A stretch of 64,000 bases of DNA from Bugula neritina (lineage: Eukaryota > Animalia > Bryozoa). Location: assembly GCA_964035545.1 (NCBI GenBank), contig CAXIUT010000205.1:1-64000 (forward strand). Reading direction: 5' to 3'. The notes beneath the pieces were generated by a model. The model did not search any database. It worked only from the letters and a program-made list of their open reading frames with translations, and was not told the origin of the DNA. The position numbers and the translations under genes are program-made. Shown here piece after piece: positions 24,585 to 37,477 of the stretch (its first letter is position 1; every line of letters starts with the position of its first letter).

Positions 24585-27500
24585 ATGTCGATGTCTAATA
24601 CTATATCTCTAAGACAGTTTTTTATATGAAATTCTAATTGATTTTGTGATTTTAATTATTATAATTTAGTTTTTGAGGATATCAAGATCTCTAAATATTT
24701 GAATGATATATTTTATAATTTTGGGTTACCTACAAGTAATTTTATTATAAAAAGATATATTAATCAAATGATTATACAATCGAATATACATTTTAATTTT
24801 TTATATAAAAAAGTACATCTTAAGATTCAAAGATTAAAATATCTTTTTAGAAGACATAAAAAATTTTCATTAAATAACTTTCTATTAAAAAAAAACACTT
24901 TTTTTATTTTTAGAGAATATTTACATTTTTTTTTTGAATTTTTTTTTTTAAAATCAAAATCTTTAAGTTGAAACATTAAAGATTTTTTTAATTTTAACTT
25001 TGTTTATTTTAAGTTTAAAAAAAATAAAGTTATAGATTTGTTTTATAATTCTTTTTGTAATAAAAGAAAGAAATTAAAAAAACTATTTTTTGATTCTTTA
25101 TTAAAATTAAAGACTCTTAGAAATAGTAAACAAATTAGATTTTTTGTTTTGAAATATATATTTCTTTTAAAAAACCATTCCGACTTTTCAGAAAAAAGTA
25201 TTCAAGTACAAAACAAGTCTAAAAGACGTCTTAAAGTGTTTAATACTAGTCTTGTTAGAAACCAGCTAAAAAACACGACTTATTTCTTCGACTTTATTCC
25301 TTATACCGATTATACTATTCTTCGAACACCTATTAAAAGTTTCTCTGTTAATTTCGATATAAAGTTGAAAGATATTCTATTTGAACCTTTCCAATTAAAA
25401 GAGACTATTTTAGTTAATAGCAGGTTGTTTTTTAGTAATAAGTTATTATTTAAACACAACGATAAACCAAATAACAATTACAAGGTACATAGTACAAATA
25501 AATCAAATAGCAGTTATAAAGCATATAACAATAATACGCAAACACATTCTTTTAAAGGAGATAATAGGTACAATAGAAAAAACCACTTCAAAGCTAGACG
25601 GTATAAACGTAAGTTTATACCTGCTACTCGTCAGCATAATAATGATAACAAGTATAAAACGTTTAGTGCTTTTAAAAAAGCAGTAGATAATATATTTAAT
25701 AATAAAATAGATCTATTAAAGAGACTAATACGTAATAAGTCTAAGTACAATCAGTTATTTCTAAAAAAACCAAATACTCATAAAACTTTTTTCAATTGAA
25801 AAAAAATGAAAACGCCGGCGTTTTTATCTTTTTTCAATTATACTTCTAAAAAGAGTGTCTTTAAAAGTACAAATAACATATTGTGTTCTCTTCTAATATC
25901 AGTATTACTTTTTTTCTTTATATATTCAAAAAATGAAAGCTCTAATTTAAGAGCTTTCCAGAGAGTATTTAATAACTATAAACAGTTTATAGTAACTTAT
26001 ATAAAATCTAATAGTGTATTTTACTTAAAAAAACCTTCTCACTTTTTAAAATATTATAATACTTCAAATAAACACTTCCACAGAAAAAAATTATCAAAAA
26101 ATAAAAAGGTACAATTACCTTTTTATTTTTTTAAAAGATATTACAATTATGTTATGACATTGTGTGCACTTGACACGAGTATAAAAAAAACATTTTATTA
26201 TAAATATGTTTTCAATGTACAAGATTTGTTATACTTATATAATGATAATACCTTTTATATACAGAAGAATATCGTTTTCTTTAATAGTGCTCTTAGGCAC
26301 TTTATTTTATCTATGAATTTAGATAATGTGTATTACACAACTCTTATTTTTTTTTTTAAAAAAAAATTTAAATTATTTAAAAAACCTCTTTCTATAAAAT
26401 GTTATTTTTTAAAATATCTAAATTCTTATATGAATAATACTAATTTGTTAATGTTATTATTAGTCATGGATAATTTAAAGAACGTACATGTTTATAAAAA
26501 CATTCTTTTATATAAACGTTTTAAAAATAATGTATATATAACATATAAGTACTCTAACTCTATTAAGAACAACTCGGTGGATAAAACAATGTGAAAGTTT
26601 CACGCAAGGTATACTATTTTTAATAAATATGTACATATTAACAATGCTTATTTAAAATTACTTGATTTTAAAACCACATTTGCGTTTTTTCAAGATTTAA
26701 CAACGTATTTAAAAATGAATATAAATTGGATTTTTAATAAGAACAAATATTTTTCTTATAGTATAAATTTATTAAATAATATAGTTATACACAAAACAAC
26801 TAGTAATATCTCTAGATTAGACAGTAATGTGTTTTATAAAGAAAATTCGTTCAAAAGATTTAACTATTTTAATAGCTTTATAATAAACAACAACCTTTTC
26901 GAATCCATGTATAAGCACTTTCGACCTTGTTCTGAAGACAAGTTTAGTGCTAGTACTTTAGATAAGTACAACTATTTGATATACTTGTTTAGTACTCATG
27001 GCTCTTTGAATACACATTTAAAAAAAGTAATTGTGTTTTTTAAAAAAAATACATTACTTTTTAATTGGTTTAATAAGATAATAGTAACAAACATCTTTAA
27101 AAATGTTTTTTATGTATTTAAAAATGTATTATTTTTAACTTTAAAAAAAATGAAAATTAATAGGAATATATTTTATAAAAACAATGTCTTATTAATTTTC
27201 AACTATTTTATTAATAACTATATTGTTAATAAGGTTATACACAGATATTATAACAACTACAACCTATTTAGTAGTATATATTTATGTTATAATAGTAATT
27301 TCAATTTTAAAAATTATATAGAAGATATAACATTACTATTTACAATGAAAAACAATACCTTTTCTTATTATTATTTAAAATATATAACTTTAAATTTGTT
27401 TTATTTTTTTTATAGTCTTGAATCTACTATTTCTATTTATAGTAATCAAAATTGTTTTTTACTATTAATATATAATTTTAAAACTATAAATTTTTTTAAT

Positions 27501-27914
27501 AGTGCTAAAATATTATGTGAATTTATTACACTACATTTAAAAAAGAAAATGACAATTAGAAAAGTGTTTTTTTTTATAAAAAAAAAACAGAGGTCTGAAA
27601 TGTATCGAAAAAATACACTCATTAGAGATAGAAAGAACAAATTTGTTAAAAACTTTTTTATAAATTATAGATTTCCTTTAAAAGGTATACGTGTCTTATA
27701 TTCAGGTAATCTAAAAAAAGCTAAAAGAAAAAAAAAAATTAGTTATTTTGTATGACTATCAAATATATTGTATAGTGGTAAAATGCCTTTTAGACAATTC
27801 AAATATTATATTGATTATCATAAAAGATCAGTTTTCTTAAAGAATGCTAGTGTAGGTATTAAAGTATGGTTGTTGTATAATATTTATAAAAAAAAAAACA
27901 TAGATGTCGAATAA
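24585..27914 (+). CDS. rps3: Giant ribosomal protein S3 (1109 aa)
   Basis: N-terminal 'SLRQ...WNSNWF...FEDIKISKYL' and C-terminal 'KGIRVLYSG...GKMPF...IDY...VGIKVW' in one frame under code 4. Confidence 0.85.
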
Positions 27915-28287
27915 CTCTTTTATAAGTTCATTTAATATAGGTACACTTTCAAATAAACTGTTTATAAATATTCGTTTAAATAGTAGAAATATAAGATTAT
28001 GTAAATCCTTATATTTAAATAATCTTATTAGTTCTTATAACTATAATTACAAATCGAAACAAATGAGATTATGTTTTAACCCGATTATCTTTCATAATAA
28101 AATGAGTACTATTAAACAAGTCTCTAAAGCGAGTAGAAAAGTTAATATATCAATAAAACAATTAAACAGATGAAAATATAGTAAAAGTCGTTTTTTTATA
28201 TTATCTACTGACAAAGGTATTTTAACAAGTAGTGAAGCATTAGCTTATGGTATTGGGGGTGAGTTACTTTTTATATTTAAATATTAA
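27904..28287 (+). CDS. rps8: Ribosomal protein S8
   Basis: 'QVSKASRKV', 'ILSTDKGILTSSEA...GIGGELL'. Confidence 0.9.
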
Positions 28288-28787
28288 TGTTTAATTATTA
28301 TTTATTTAATAAAAATGATTTTTTTTTTTATAAAGAAGCTAATGTTTTCTTATTTTACACTCGTTTAGGAATTGTTAAAATAAAAAAACATGAGTTAATG
28401 AATATGTTTATTAAAAACTATTTTTACTATCTATATAATTTGTCTCTTTTTACATTTAATTTTTTTAAAAGTTTCATAAAAACTATTAATTTCGGACACA
28501 TTAATAAATTAAAAATGGTAGGTATAGGTTATAAACGTTTCTACAATAATAATTTCGTTACTTATAAACTAAGATATAGTCACTTAATATATAAAACAAT
28601 ACCGTTTAATCTCCTAACATTTAAGAAAAAAAAAAAAAGAAAGTGAACTTCTTTCTTTAGTTTGAATAAAGAAATTAATAATACTTTTTTTTATAAAGTT
28701 TTATTATATAGAGTTTCAAACGTCTATACTAAAAAAGGTTTTTTTAAAATACATCAAAAAGTGAACTTTAAAAAAGCCATTCTTTAA
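28287..28787 (+). CDS. rpl6: Ribosomal protein L6
   Basis: 'LKMVGIGYK...KLRYSH', 'YR...NVYTKKG'; follows rps8. Confidence 0.8.
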
Positions 28788-28798
28788 CGAAAATAACT

Positions 28799-29206
28799 AT
28801 GTCCGAAGAGAACATTATTCAAACTATATCATATATTAACAGTATCAATACTAATGGCTCCACTTCATGTATTTTAAAAAAAAAAAAAACTTTCTTTTTT
28901 CATTATGATGGTAATTTTTTAAATTGTACCTTTTCCAGTGTAACATCTAAGACATTATCTTCTTTAACAAAAGATACCTTTTTAAAAAGCTATATGTACT
29001 TTTTGCCATTTTCTTCTATGACTATTGCCGAGTACCACTACTTTTCTACACATATCGCTTCTATATTAAAAAACGTATGCCTTTTTGAAAAAAAATTTCA
29101 TTTATTTTTAAATTATACATACGGTTTCATTGAAAGTAATTTTCAAAATTTAAATAATATTATTTATTATAAAAATATTTTAATATCTGATATTTTTTTT
29201 TATTAA
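28799..29206 (+). CDS. Hypothetical protein (135 aa)
   Basis: ATG-TAA ORF packed inside the ribosomal protein cluster. Confidence 0.55.
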   Translation: MSEENIIQTISYINSINTNGSTSCILKKKKTFFFHYDGNFLNCTFSSVTSKTLSSLTKDTFLKSYMYFLPFSSMTIAEYHYFSTHIASILKNVCLFEKKFHLFLNYTYGFIESNFQNLNNIIYYKNILISDIFFY

Positions 29207-29207
29207 T

Positions 29208-29693
29208 ATGTTAATTAAAAAAAGAATAAAGTTAATTAATTTTTTATACAACGATAAAGTACAATTCATTAGTTTTCTTTCTTTGTGCAATGATAAAAAA
29301 AAGGTTAAAACTGTTTTTAATCTTTTTACTGTTCCAGAATTGGTATTAAAACATCATAGTTGATTATACCTTATTATAGGTAAAAATGAATTATTTGATT
29401 ATAATTTTATAATAAAACATTTAAATCTATTAAAGTTATATAAGGACTCTATTTTTTTTTATAAATCTAAATATTTATTTACTTTTAAATTCTTTAAAAA
29501 TGATTTAAAAAAGAATTTAAATTTTTTTTTATTTATTACTAAAACAGTAATGTACTGTAATTTGACATTTTTTAAAAAATTGAGGGATTTTTTACTTTTT
29601 TTTTTTTACAAATGAAAGTTATATGTGTTGTTTTTTTTTTTAAATGCATGTTTTTATAAATTATTTATTTATTATAATGTCTTTTTTATCTAA
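29208..29693 (+). CDS. Hypothetical protein (161 aa), possibly a divergent ribosomal protein
   Basis: Open under code 4 and fills the gap before rps12; absent from the ORF track. Confidence 0.5.
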
Positions 29694-29699
29694 ATAACT

Positions 29700-30098
29700 A
29701 TGATTACTTTCAGACAATTAATAATGAGATATAAAAGAGTTCCTAAGAAAAGAAAAAGTTTAGTACCTGCATTAGAAAGATGCCCTCATAAACTCGGTAC
29801 GGTTCAAGATAGTTTAATTGAAAATCCTAAAAAACCTAATTCTGCTAAAAGATGTGTTTTTCGTTTAAAATTAAAAAATAATCGAATTATCAGAGCTCAT
29901 ATACCTGGAACTTATAAATTATATAAGAAACAAAAAAAACTTAATAAATTTGGTGTAGCTTTAGTTAGAGGTGGTAGAACACAGGACTTAATAGGTATAC
30001 GTTATAAATTAGTGTTATCTAAATTTGATGTGCCAGGTATATGAAAAAGAAGGACTCGAAAAACTAAATTTGTTCGAGATCCATATAGTCCTTGGTAA
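29700..30098 (+). CDS. rps12: Ribosomal protein S12
   Basis: 'PKKPNSAKR', 'AHIPG', 'LVRGGR'. Confidence 0.96.
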
Positions 30099-30276
30099 AA
30101 TAATATTCAATAATTGCTTTTATTTTTATTTGTTGTAATAATCTTACTTTTTATTTGTTGTAATTCTCTTACTTTTTTAAGTATTAATTCGTTATATAAT
30201 TGGTACCATAAAAAGATAATGGACTGTTATTCTTTACTTGACCATTTATTTATACAATTTTTTATATCACTTCCTA

Positions 30277-30426
30277 TAACGTAGTATAAAGTTAGGGAGA
30301 GGAGTGCCTCTCTACATTAGTGTAGACCCCTCCCTAACTTTATACTACGTTAGGCACGAATAAAATTAGGGAGGGGTCTACACTAATGTAGAGAGGCACA
30401 CCCCTCCCTAACTTTATTCGTGCCTA
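30277..30426. repeat. Double-hairpin element: two inverted copies of a ~34-bp core, each within its own terminal inverted repeat
   Basis: TAACGTAGTATAAAGTTAGGGA...TCCCTAACTTTATACTACGTTA, then TAGGCACGAATAAA...TTTATTCGTGCCTA. Core GTGCCTCTCTACATTAGTGTAGACCCCTCCCTAA occurs in both orientations. Confidence 0.9.
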
Positions 30427-30668
30427 GTATAACACATCTTAAAATAAAAAAATGATAATGTTAATCACTTATATTCTTTATTGTTGTAGACCTTCTAATG
30501 GGGGTAGCAGAGAACTATCTCTGTTTTGCCGAGTTATCTCCGCAAGTGACATCTGTATATTGTTTACAAAGGTTTATAAGCTTTTAAAACAATATCAAAT
30601 GTTTATTAAAATCTTTGTAAAACTTCTTCTTTATTTTTTTTTATTAGTTCTTTTTTATAATTACAATT

Positions 30669-32005
30669 ATGGATTTTAAAGTACTGTTCTTATTTTTTAT
30701 AATTATACCTTTTATATCGAACATGATATATATATGTACTTTTATTCGATATGAGTACATTCTTTTGGTTCACGGTAACGTGGTTGAATACCCGTTACTA
30801 TGTTGTACCATAACATTTGTTACATTCTTACTTCTAGTATTACCCTATTTTATCTATACACACAATGGTAGATTCTTATATTGAACACTCTTTGTGTGTA
30901 ATTTGATAATATACGTAGTATTGACATTATTATTTGTCAAGCTACATTTAAGTAACGTAGGTCCTATTTCCCTATTAGGGGGGGAAATAGTACTTATTAA
31001 GATAATACCTTTGGAACATAAAGTGAACTACGTATTCTCTTATTTAGAGACACGTAGTACACAATTAATTGTTCAAAATGATATAAAAGCGTCAAGCTTT
31101 TATGTTGATATATCACCTAAACAATTCATCTATTGTTTAGGTTTAAATGATTTAGATGAGATTAAGAAATCTATTGATATCTTCACTAGTGAAGATATCA
31201 ATAGATACCTTGATCGCTCTGAAGCAGATTACGCTTCAGAGAACACTTCTTTGTTATCTGTGTTCTCAGATAACTTAGAATCATATAAAATGACATTTTC
31301 GTCTTGAGATACAGATGTTAAACTGTTACTCATTATGAGTGCAGTTACATTTGTAACATTCTTAGCGTACCTTTACGTACGCTCTGATGGCTCTCATGGC
31401 TCTCATGAAGACAAAACCTGTTCCGAACCAGTAATTCGTTCGGAACCAGTTATTAGTTCGGAACCAGTAATTGGTTCGGAACAGGTAAAGAATATTAGTT
31501 TAAATGGTGACCCTATGGATACTCCTCTTGATTCAGAAACTATTGAGTTTCTAGAGAGTGAGTATCATAATCTTCAAGAGGAAACTGGTATTTCAAATAT
31601 CAGTATTGAAGAGGGTATAATTGCGGAGCATCAAATGCTCCGTGATAGCCATGTTCCATTCATCAAGGAATTCCTTGATGGAAAGGGGGACCCTACTAAG
31701 ATGAAGCAACTCTTAGAGTTGTGGGAAACTTGTGGGGGGTCTTTGGAAAACATCTACTATCCTCTTAAGAGGGAGATGTTTTTTCTAAGTTCAGATATCT
31801 CTGCTAAGCAGGAATGTCTGCTAAGCAGGAATGTCTGGATAACTACCAACCCTTGAGTCCCCCTGAAGGGTTATCAGAAGACCTGGTGAGCCAGGATATG
31901 ATAAACGTTCTGACATTGGATAAGGCAATCTTATCTTATACAGAACGTTTAGATAAAATAAACATGTTATTAGAAATTCTGGGAACTATCTCAGACTTAT
32001 TTTAA
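30669..32005 (+). pseudogene. Acidic membrane-anchored ORFan (~439 aa when repaired), frameshifted by a 17-nt tandem duplication
   Basis: One frame from 30669 through TGA codons. Duplication at 31800-31833 shifts the frame (stop at 31904); the natural continuation ends at 32005. Confidence 0.65.
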
Positions 32006-32055
32006 CTGTTTGTTTCTTCACGTTTAAACTATATATATTTGTCGTCGTAGAAATG

Positions 32056-32126
32056 ACTCCTATAGCTTAAAGTAAAAGCAACATACTTTACATCTGTAGA
32101 TAGTGGTGCGAAACCACTTGGGAGTA
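32056..32126 (+). tRNA. Aberrant tRNA (anticodon UUA by canonical fold, or distorted Val-UAC)
   Basis: Acceptor ACTCCTA/TGGGAGT, D stem GCTT/AAGC, anticodon arm ACATA-CTTTACA-TCTGT, T arm AGTGG-TGCGAAA-CCACT. Confidence 0.6.
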
Positions 32127-32248
32127 ATACTAAATCTAAATACTAAACTTCATATAAAATGTCTCTTTATAGATATTAATTACCTCTTTAATAAAGAGAA
32201 GAATAAGATAAGGTAAAAAGACTATAAAGTAAATAATTCAAATAAAAT

Positions 32249-32617
32249 ATGTTTAAATATATATTATATACTTATATAAATGTATTTGTTTTTATGGTGT
32301 TGTCTTTAGGTCTATCTTGCATTTTCGTAGGTATTTGTTACTTCTTATCTAAGAGTAGATATAATTTTGAAAAGATCACAAGCTATGAGTGTGGGTTTGA
32401 TCCTTTTTCGGATACAAGAGAGCCTTTTGAAATTAAATTTTATTTAATAGCGATTCTATTTATTATTTTTGATGTAGAGATAATCTTTTTTTTACCATGA
32501 ATTGTTTGTCAAAAACAATTATTATTATTTGGGTATTATACAATGTATATATTTTTTATAATTTTAATAATTGGATTCTTCTATGAATTTAAAAAATGTT
32601 CTTTAGATTGAAATTAA
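32249..32617 (+). CDS. nad3: NADH dehydrogenase subunit 3
   Basis: 'EKITSYECGFDP', 'FYLIAILFIIFDVE'. Confidence 0.96.
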
Positions 32618-32619
32618 GT

Positions 32620-33597
32620 ATGTGTGTGTTTTTTTTTCTAGAAAAATTAAGTTTTTTTTTTATAACAATAATATTTGTTTTATTATGTATCGCGATATTT
32701 ACCTTGGTAGAAAGGAAAGTAATGGCGAGTGTACAAAGAAGAAAAGGCCCGAATATCACAGGTCTATTCGGATTCCTTCAACCCTTTGCAGATGGATTAA
32801 AATTATTATTAAAAGAAATAATAATACCGTCTAACAGTAATATATTTGTTTTCCTAATATCCCCCATTTTAACTTTATTTTTTACAATTTTTTTATTTTT
32901 TATGGTGCCTTTTTCTCCAGGTTATATTGTTTTAGAATCGCCCTTTTCAATACTGTTTTTATTAGCAATATCATCATTAAGTGTACATGGTATCATATTT
33001 TCAGGTTGGTCAAGTAATTCTAAATATGCCTTTTTAGGTAGTATTAGATCAGTATCTCAAATGATTTCATATGAAATTTGTCTAAGTACTATATTTATAG
33101 GTGTTATATTATTAAGTGGTTCTTATTCATTAATAGATCTAGTATACTATCAAGAACATGTTTGGTTTATAGTACCTCTATTCCCCTTATGGGTATTATT
33201 TGTGATTGTTTCTTTAGCTGAAACCAATCGTGCACCTTTTGATTTGCCTGAAGCCGAAGCCGAATTAGTAGCTGGTTATAATGTAGAATATTCTTCTATT
33301 TTGTTTGCAATGTTTTTTTTAGCAGAATACGGTAATATTTTAATAATGTGTTCTTTATCGACTATATTTTTTTTAGGTGGATGAAATAGCATTTTTTTTT
33401 TTAGTACTTATTTTTCTTTTGCTTTAAAAGTAAGTTTTCATGTTTTTTTGTTTTTATTAGTTAGATTCGCGTATCCAAGATATAGATACGATCAATTAAT
33501 GAAAATATGTTGAAAAACGATACTCCCATTATCTTTTTTTTTTATCCTCTTAGAAGCATCTGTAATGCTTGCTTTTAATATTTTTCCACATATATAA
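32620..33597 (+). CDS. nad1: NADH dehydrogenase subunit 1
   Basis: 'ERKVMASVQRRKGPN', 'AETNRAPFDLPEAEAEL', 'PRYRYDQLM'. Confidence 0.97.
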
Positions 33598-33600
33598 TTG

Positions 33601-34563
33601 ATGCTTTTAAAAAGTATTTATAATTGTTTATATTATTCGAGTCAAAATAGAGAACTCTTTACTGTTATTTGTACTTTGGGCTCTTCTAAGAAGAATAAAG
33701 AAATACTTAATTACATATTTTTTTATATATATTCCAATGCAATATTATTAAAGTACCTCACTGATAAAGAAGATGAGAATAAAGTAAAGTATTTCAAAGA
33801 CCCTTTTTTATTGGGTAATGCGATTAGTAATAACGTAGTATTTTTGAATTTTGATATACAGCTTAAAAATAATTATTTTTTTTGACATTTCTTTTCTAAT
33901 GATTATTTAATTAGATCTTTTCTAAATGTAATTATGAATAGTGGTAAAAAGTACAACACTTATAATATAATCTATAAATCGTTTTATTTTATAAAAAAGC
34001 TAATAGGTATTCAACCTATATTACTTTTAAAAAAATTTCTATATAAGTACAGGTTTTTATTTAATATACACTACATAACTTTAAAATACAAAGTTATAAC
34101 TTTACCTAAATTACTTTCTGTAAAAAGTCAAATAAATAGATCAATAAAGTATATACTTAACACTTTGAAGTTCAAAAGTTTAAAAATAAAAAGTAACAAC
34201 AAGCACATATCTTTCTATAAAAGAATAAGTTATTTAGTATTGAATTTTTTTCTAAATAACTTTGTTTTTAAAAAAACAATTCAAAGACAAAGAGAACAGT
34301 TATTGAGAAATAAATATGTATTCTTCAAAGAAGAACATAAAAATAAATATATTACTAATGATGAGATTAATTCTAAAAAACCAAGATTATTTAAAATGAG
34401 AAAAACTAAATTCAGACAACGTTCTATAAATAAATCTTATAAAATAAAAAATAATAGAATAAAATATTTAAACACACCTTTTTTGATAAAAAATGATTTT
34501 TTAATAACAAATCATCAAATACATATATTATCAAAAAAAAAAATAAAATCGAAATGAATTTAG
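33601..34563 (+). CDS. rps7: Ribosomal protein S7 (extended, 320 aa)
   Basis: 'FLNVIMNSGKK' core motif; two ORFs joined through TGA. Confidence 0.65.
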
Positions 34564-34668
34564 CTCTTCAAAATTAACAATATTATTATTTATTTTATTT
34601 TAATTTATTTTAAGTTCTTAAAATAAATTAAAATAAAATAAATTAAAATAAATAAATTAATTAACAAA

Positions 34669-35265
34669 ATGATTTATTCTTACCTCTCACAAATATATCC
34701 AAAATCTTTTTTAAAACATGTAAATTCTTTTAATACAAATCTTAATTTATTTACAAATAAAAATGTAGTTATTAAGAATAGTAAAACAAATCTTTACATA
34801 AAACACACTATTTTAAATAATTTTTTATATTTTTTATCTAAACATATGAATACCTCTTTGACACTATTTGTAGATTTGAGTGCGTCAGATTATCCTAATA
34901 GTATATATAGGTATTTATGTGTTTATAATTTATCATCTTTCTTTTATAATATGAGAGTTACTTTAAAAGTACCATTAAAAAAAAATTACATACATTCTAT
35001 AACCCATTTATACCATTGTGCGTCTTGATTTGAAAGAGAATGTTGAGATTTATTTGGTATTTTTTTTTTGAATAACATAGACTTACGTCGTTTATTATGC
35101 GATTATGGCTTTTCAGGGCATCCATTGAAGAAAGATTTTCCGCTTAGTGGCTTTTTTGAAATATATTTTTCATTATCTTCTAATTTAGTAGATTATAAAT
35201 ATATAAAAATGATCCAAGAATTTAGATTTTTTAATAACCAGTCTCCTTGGAAATACTATATATAA
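34669..35265 (+). CDS. nad9: NADH dehydrogenase subunit 9
   Basis: 'WFERECWDLFG', 'LRRLLCDYGFSGHPLKKDFPLSG'. Confidence 0.96.
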
Positions 35266-35312
35266 ATATTAATATTTAAATATTCATAGTACAAGGCAAT
35301 TATATATTAGTG

Positions 35313-36812
35313 ATGTTGAATTTTATTTTTTTTATACCTGAATTTTTTTTTTTCTTTTCTGTATTATTAGTTTTAATTTACAGTATAAGTTATTCATTAT
35401 CTAGTTTTTTAAAATATCCAAATTTATATAAAAATATAATATATTTATCTATTTTATTTCTAGTATATACACTTTTTTTATTTCTTAATCAAAAAGGTGT
35501 GTTTTACTTCAATATAAATGTGCTATATAAACATAAAGGTAATATACTGTTAGAAACATTTTTTGTATTAATAACAATATTAATATTATTAACAACTTAT
35601 AATTATAATACAAATTATAAATTAAACTCATTTGAATATGTGATTCTTTTGTTAATTACTTTAGGTAATTCGTTTCTTTTTGTTAACTCTATGAACTTAG
35701 TTTTTTTATTTATATTGTTGGAATTACAAAACATCAGTATTAGCATTTTAATTGCTCTTAGTAGGTATAGTAGGTATTCTATAGAGGCAAGTATAAAATA
35801 CTTTATACTATCTTCTTTCTCTTCTTTATTATTATTATTCGGTATTTCTATACTCTATGGATGTACTGGCTTTTTATCAATACATGATGTATTTCTACTT
35901 TTAAACTCTTTTAATTCTATAGAAAATTCTTTAGTAATAATTAGCATAAACTTAAGTGCTCTATTTTTATTAATAGGTCTTTTATTTAAGATGTATAGTG
36001 TACCATTTCATTTATGGGTACCTGAAGTATACTCTTCCACTACAACAAATGTATTAATATACATTTCAACAATACCATTAATAGTTATGATTTTTTTTTT
36101 TTTAAAAATATATTTTTTTATTTTCTCAGACCTATTCGAATTAAAAAGTTTAATTTTTAATCTGATAGGTATTCTCACATTATTCATAGGTACAATAGGT
36201 ACTTTGTGACAAACTAATATAAAAAAACTCTTAGGTTATAGTACTATTACTATTAATGGTTTTTTTATATATTCATTGACCTTTTCAAATATGGAGTTGT
36301 TAGAATTAAGTATAATGTATATTTTAGTATATATACTAACTGTACTTTTATTTCTTGTGTTACTTTTAAATACACGATTGTGTAGTGTTAATACACAAAA
36401 CAAACAACATAGCAGTAATACTATCAATACTATTTATGATCTTTTCGATTTAAAATCATACAATAAAAGACTTTTTAATTTGTATTTATTAAAAATATTT
36501 TCACTTTCTGGTATACCACCTTTCATTGGTTTTTTAAGTAAATTATTTTGATTAAAATTATTTGCAATAGAATATTTTATATTTTTTTTTATTTTCATTT
36601 TTGTCTTTTTAATAAGTTTCTATAATTATATCAGATTATTAAAAAATACAACATCGAAATCAAATAAGAGTAAATTTAAATATCTTTCATTTAATCATAA
36701 CATATTCTATCTTTTTTTTATTGTACAATATTTTTTAATATACTGTATTTTTAATAGTGACTTTTTAATGGCTTTTATTAAACTTATTTTCTTTTCTACT
36801 ATCTTGATATAA
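35313..36812 (+). CDS. nad2: NADH dehydrogenase subunit 2
   Basis: 'EASIKYFIL', 'PFHLWVPEVY', 'SLSGIPPFIGFLSK'. Confidence 0.94.
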
Positions 36813-37091
36813 ATGGTATACTCTTTAAAAAAAAGTATTAAATACAGACTTTTGTATAATAATGTAGAGAAGACTAAGTTTTTTAAGAATATTGTATTAA
36901 AAAATACATTTTTTTTTTTTGATATTTATAAATTTAATAAATTAAAAAATTATATCTCTATTTCTAAAATAAGAAATAGATGTGTCATTAGTAATCGTGC
37001 GCGTAGCACGTTTAAAAAGTTAAGAGTTTCTAGGTTTGTTTTTAAAGAGTATTCCAGTAATGGTCTATTCAATGGTATAAAAAAAAGTTAA
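36813..37091 (+). CDS. rps14: Ribosomal protein S14
   Basis: 'KIRNRCVISNRARS...VSR...GIKKS'. Confidence 0.92.
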   Translation: MVYSLKKSIKYRLLYNNVEKTKFFKNIVLKNTFFFFDIYKFNKLKNYISISKIRNRCVISNRARSTFKKLRVSRFVFKEYSSNGLFNGIKKS

Positions 37092-37218
37092 TTTGTTTCT
37101 ATATAATCTAAACTATATCTGTGTAACATGATATTAATGTTATCTGAATTGAGTCTAAATATTGGGGTATCACTTTAATAGTTTTAATTCCCTCTAATAG
37201 TTTAAAGATAGTATCTTC

Positions 37219-37331
37219 TTTTATTAAGTTTTATTAAGTTTTATTAAGTTTTACTACGTTTTATAGAACGGCTAGTTTTATTAAGTTTTATTAAGTTTTA
37301 TTAAGTTTTACTACGTTTTATAGAACGGCTA
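37219..37331. repeat. Nested tandem repeat: 56-nt unit x2, each with TTTTATTAAG x3
   Basis: Read directly; period 57 nt. Confidence 0.9.
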
Positions 37332-37477
37332 CTTTTTGTCTATTACCTAAGCAGATAATTCTCCTCCGTTCTTTTAGGAGGAGGAGGGGATTAAATGTAA
37401 AAAATACACATTTTAGGTATATATATTTCTACTTATACCTAAAATGGCACAACTAAGTTGTGACGGTTAAAAGAAGT

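Noticed and set aside
30452-30679. 75-aa ORF as a confident gene
   Set aside because: Short, no motif, overlaps the next ORF; cannot be supported on its own.
37219-37331. CRISPR-like array
   Set aside because: Simple tandem repeats without unique spacers or cas genes.
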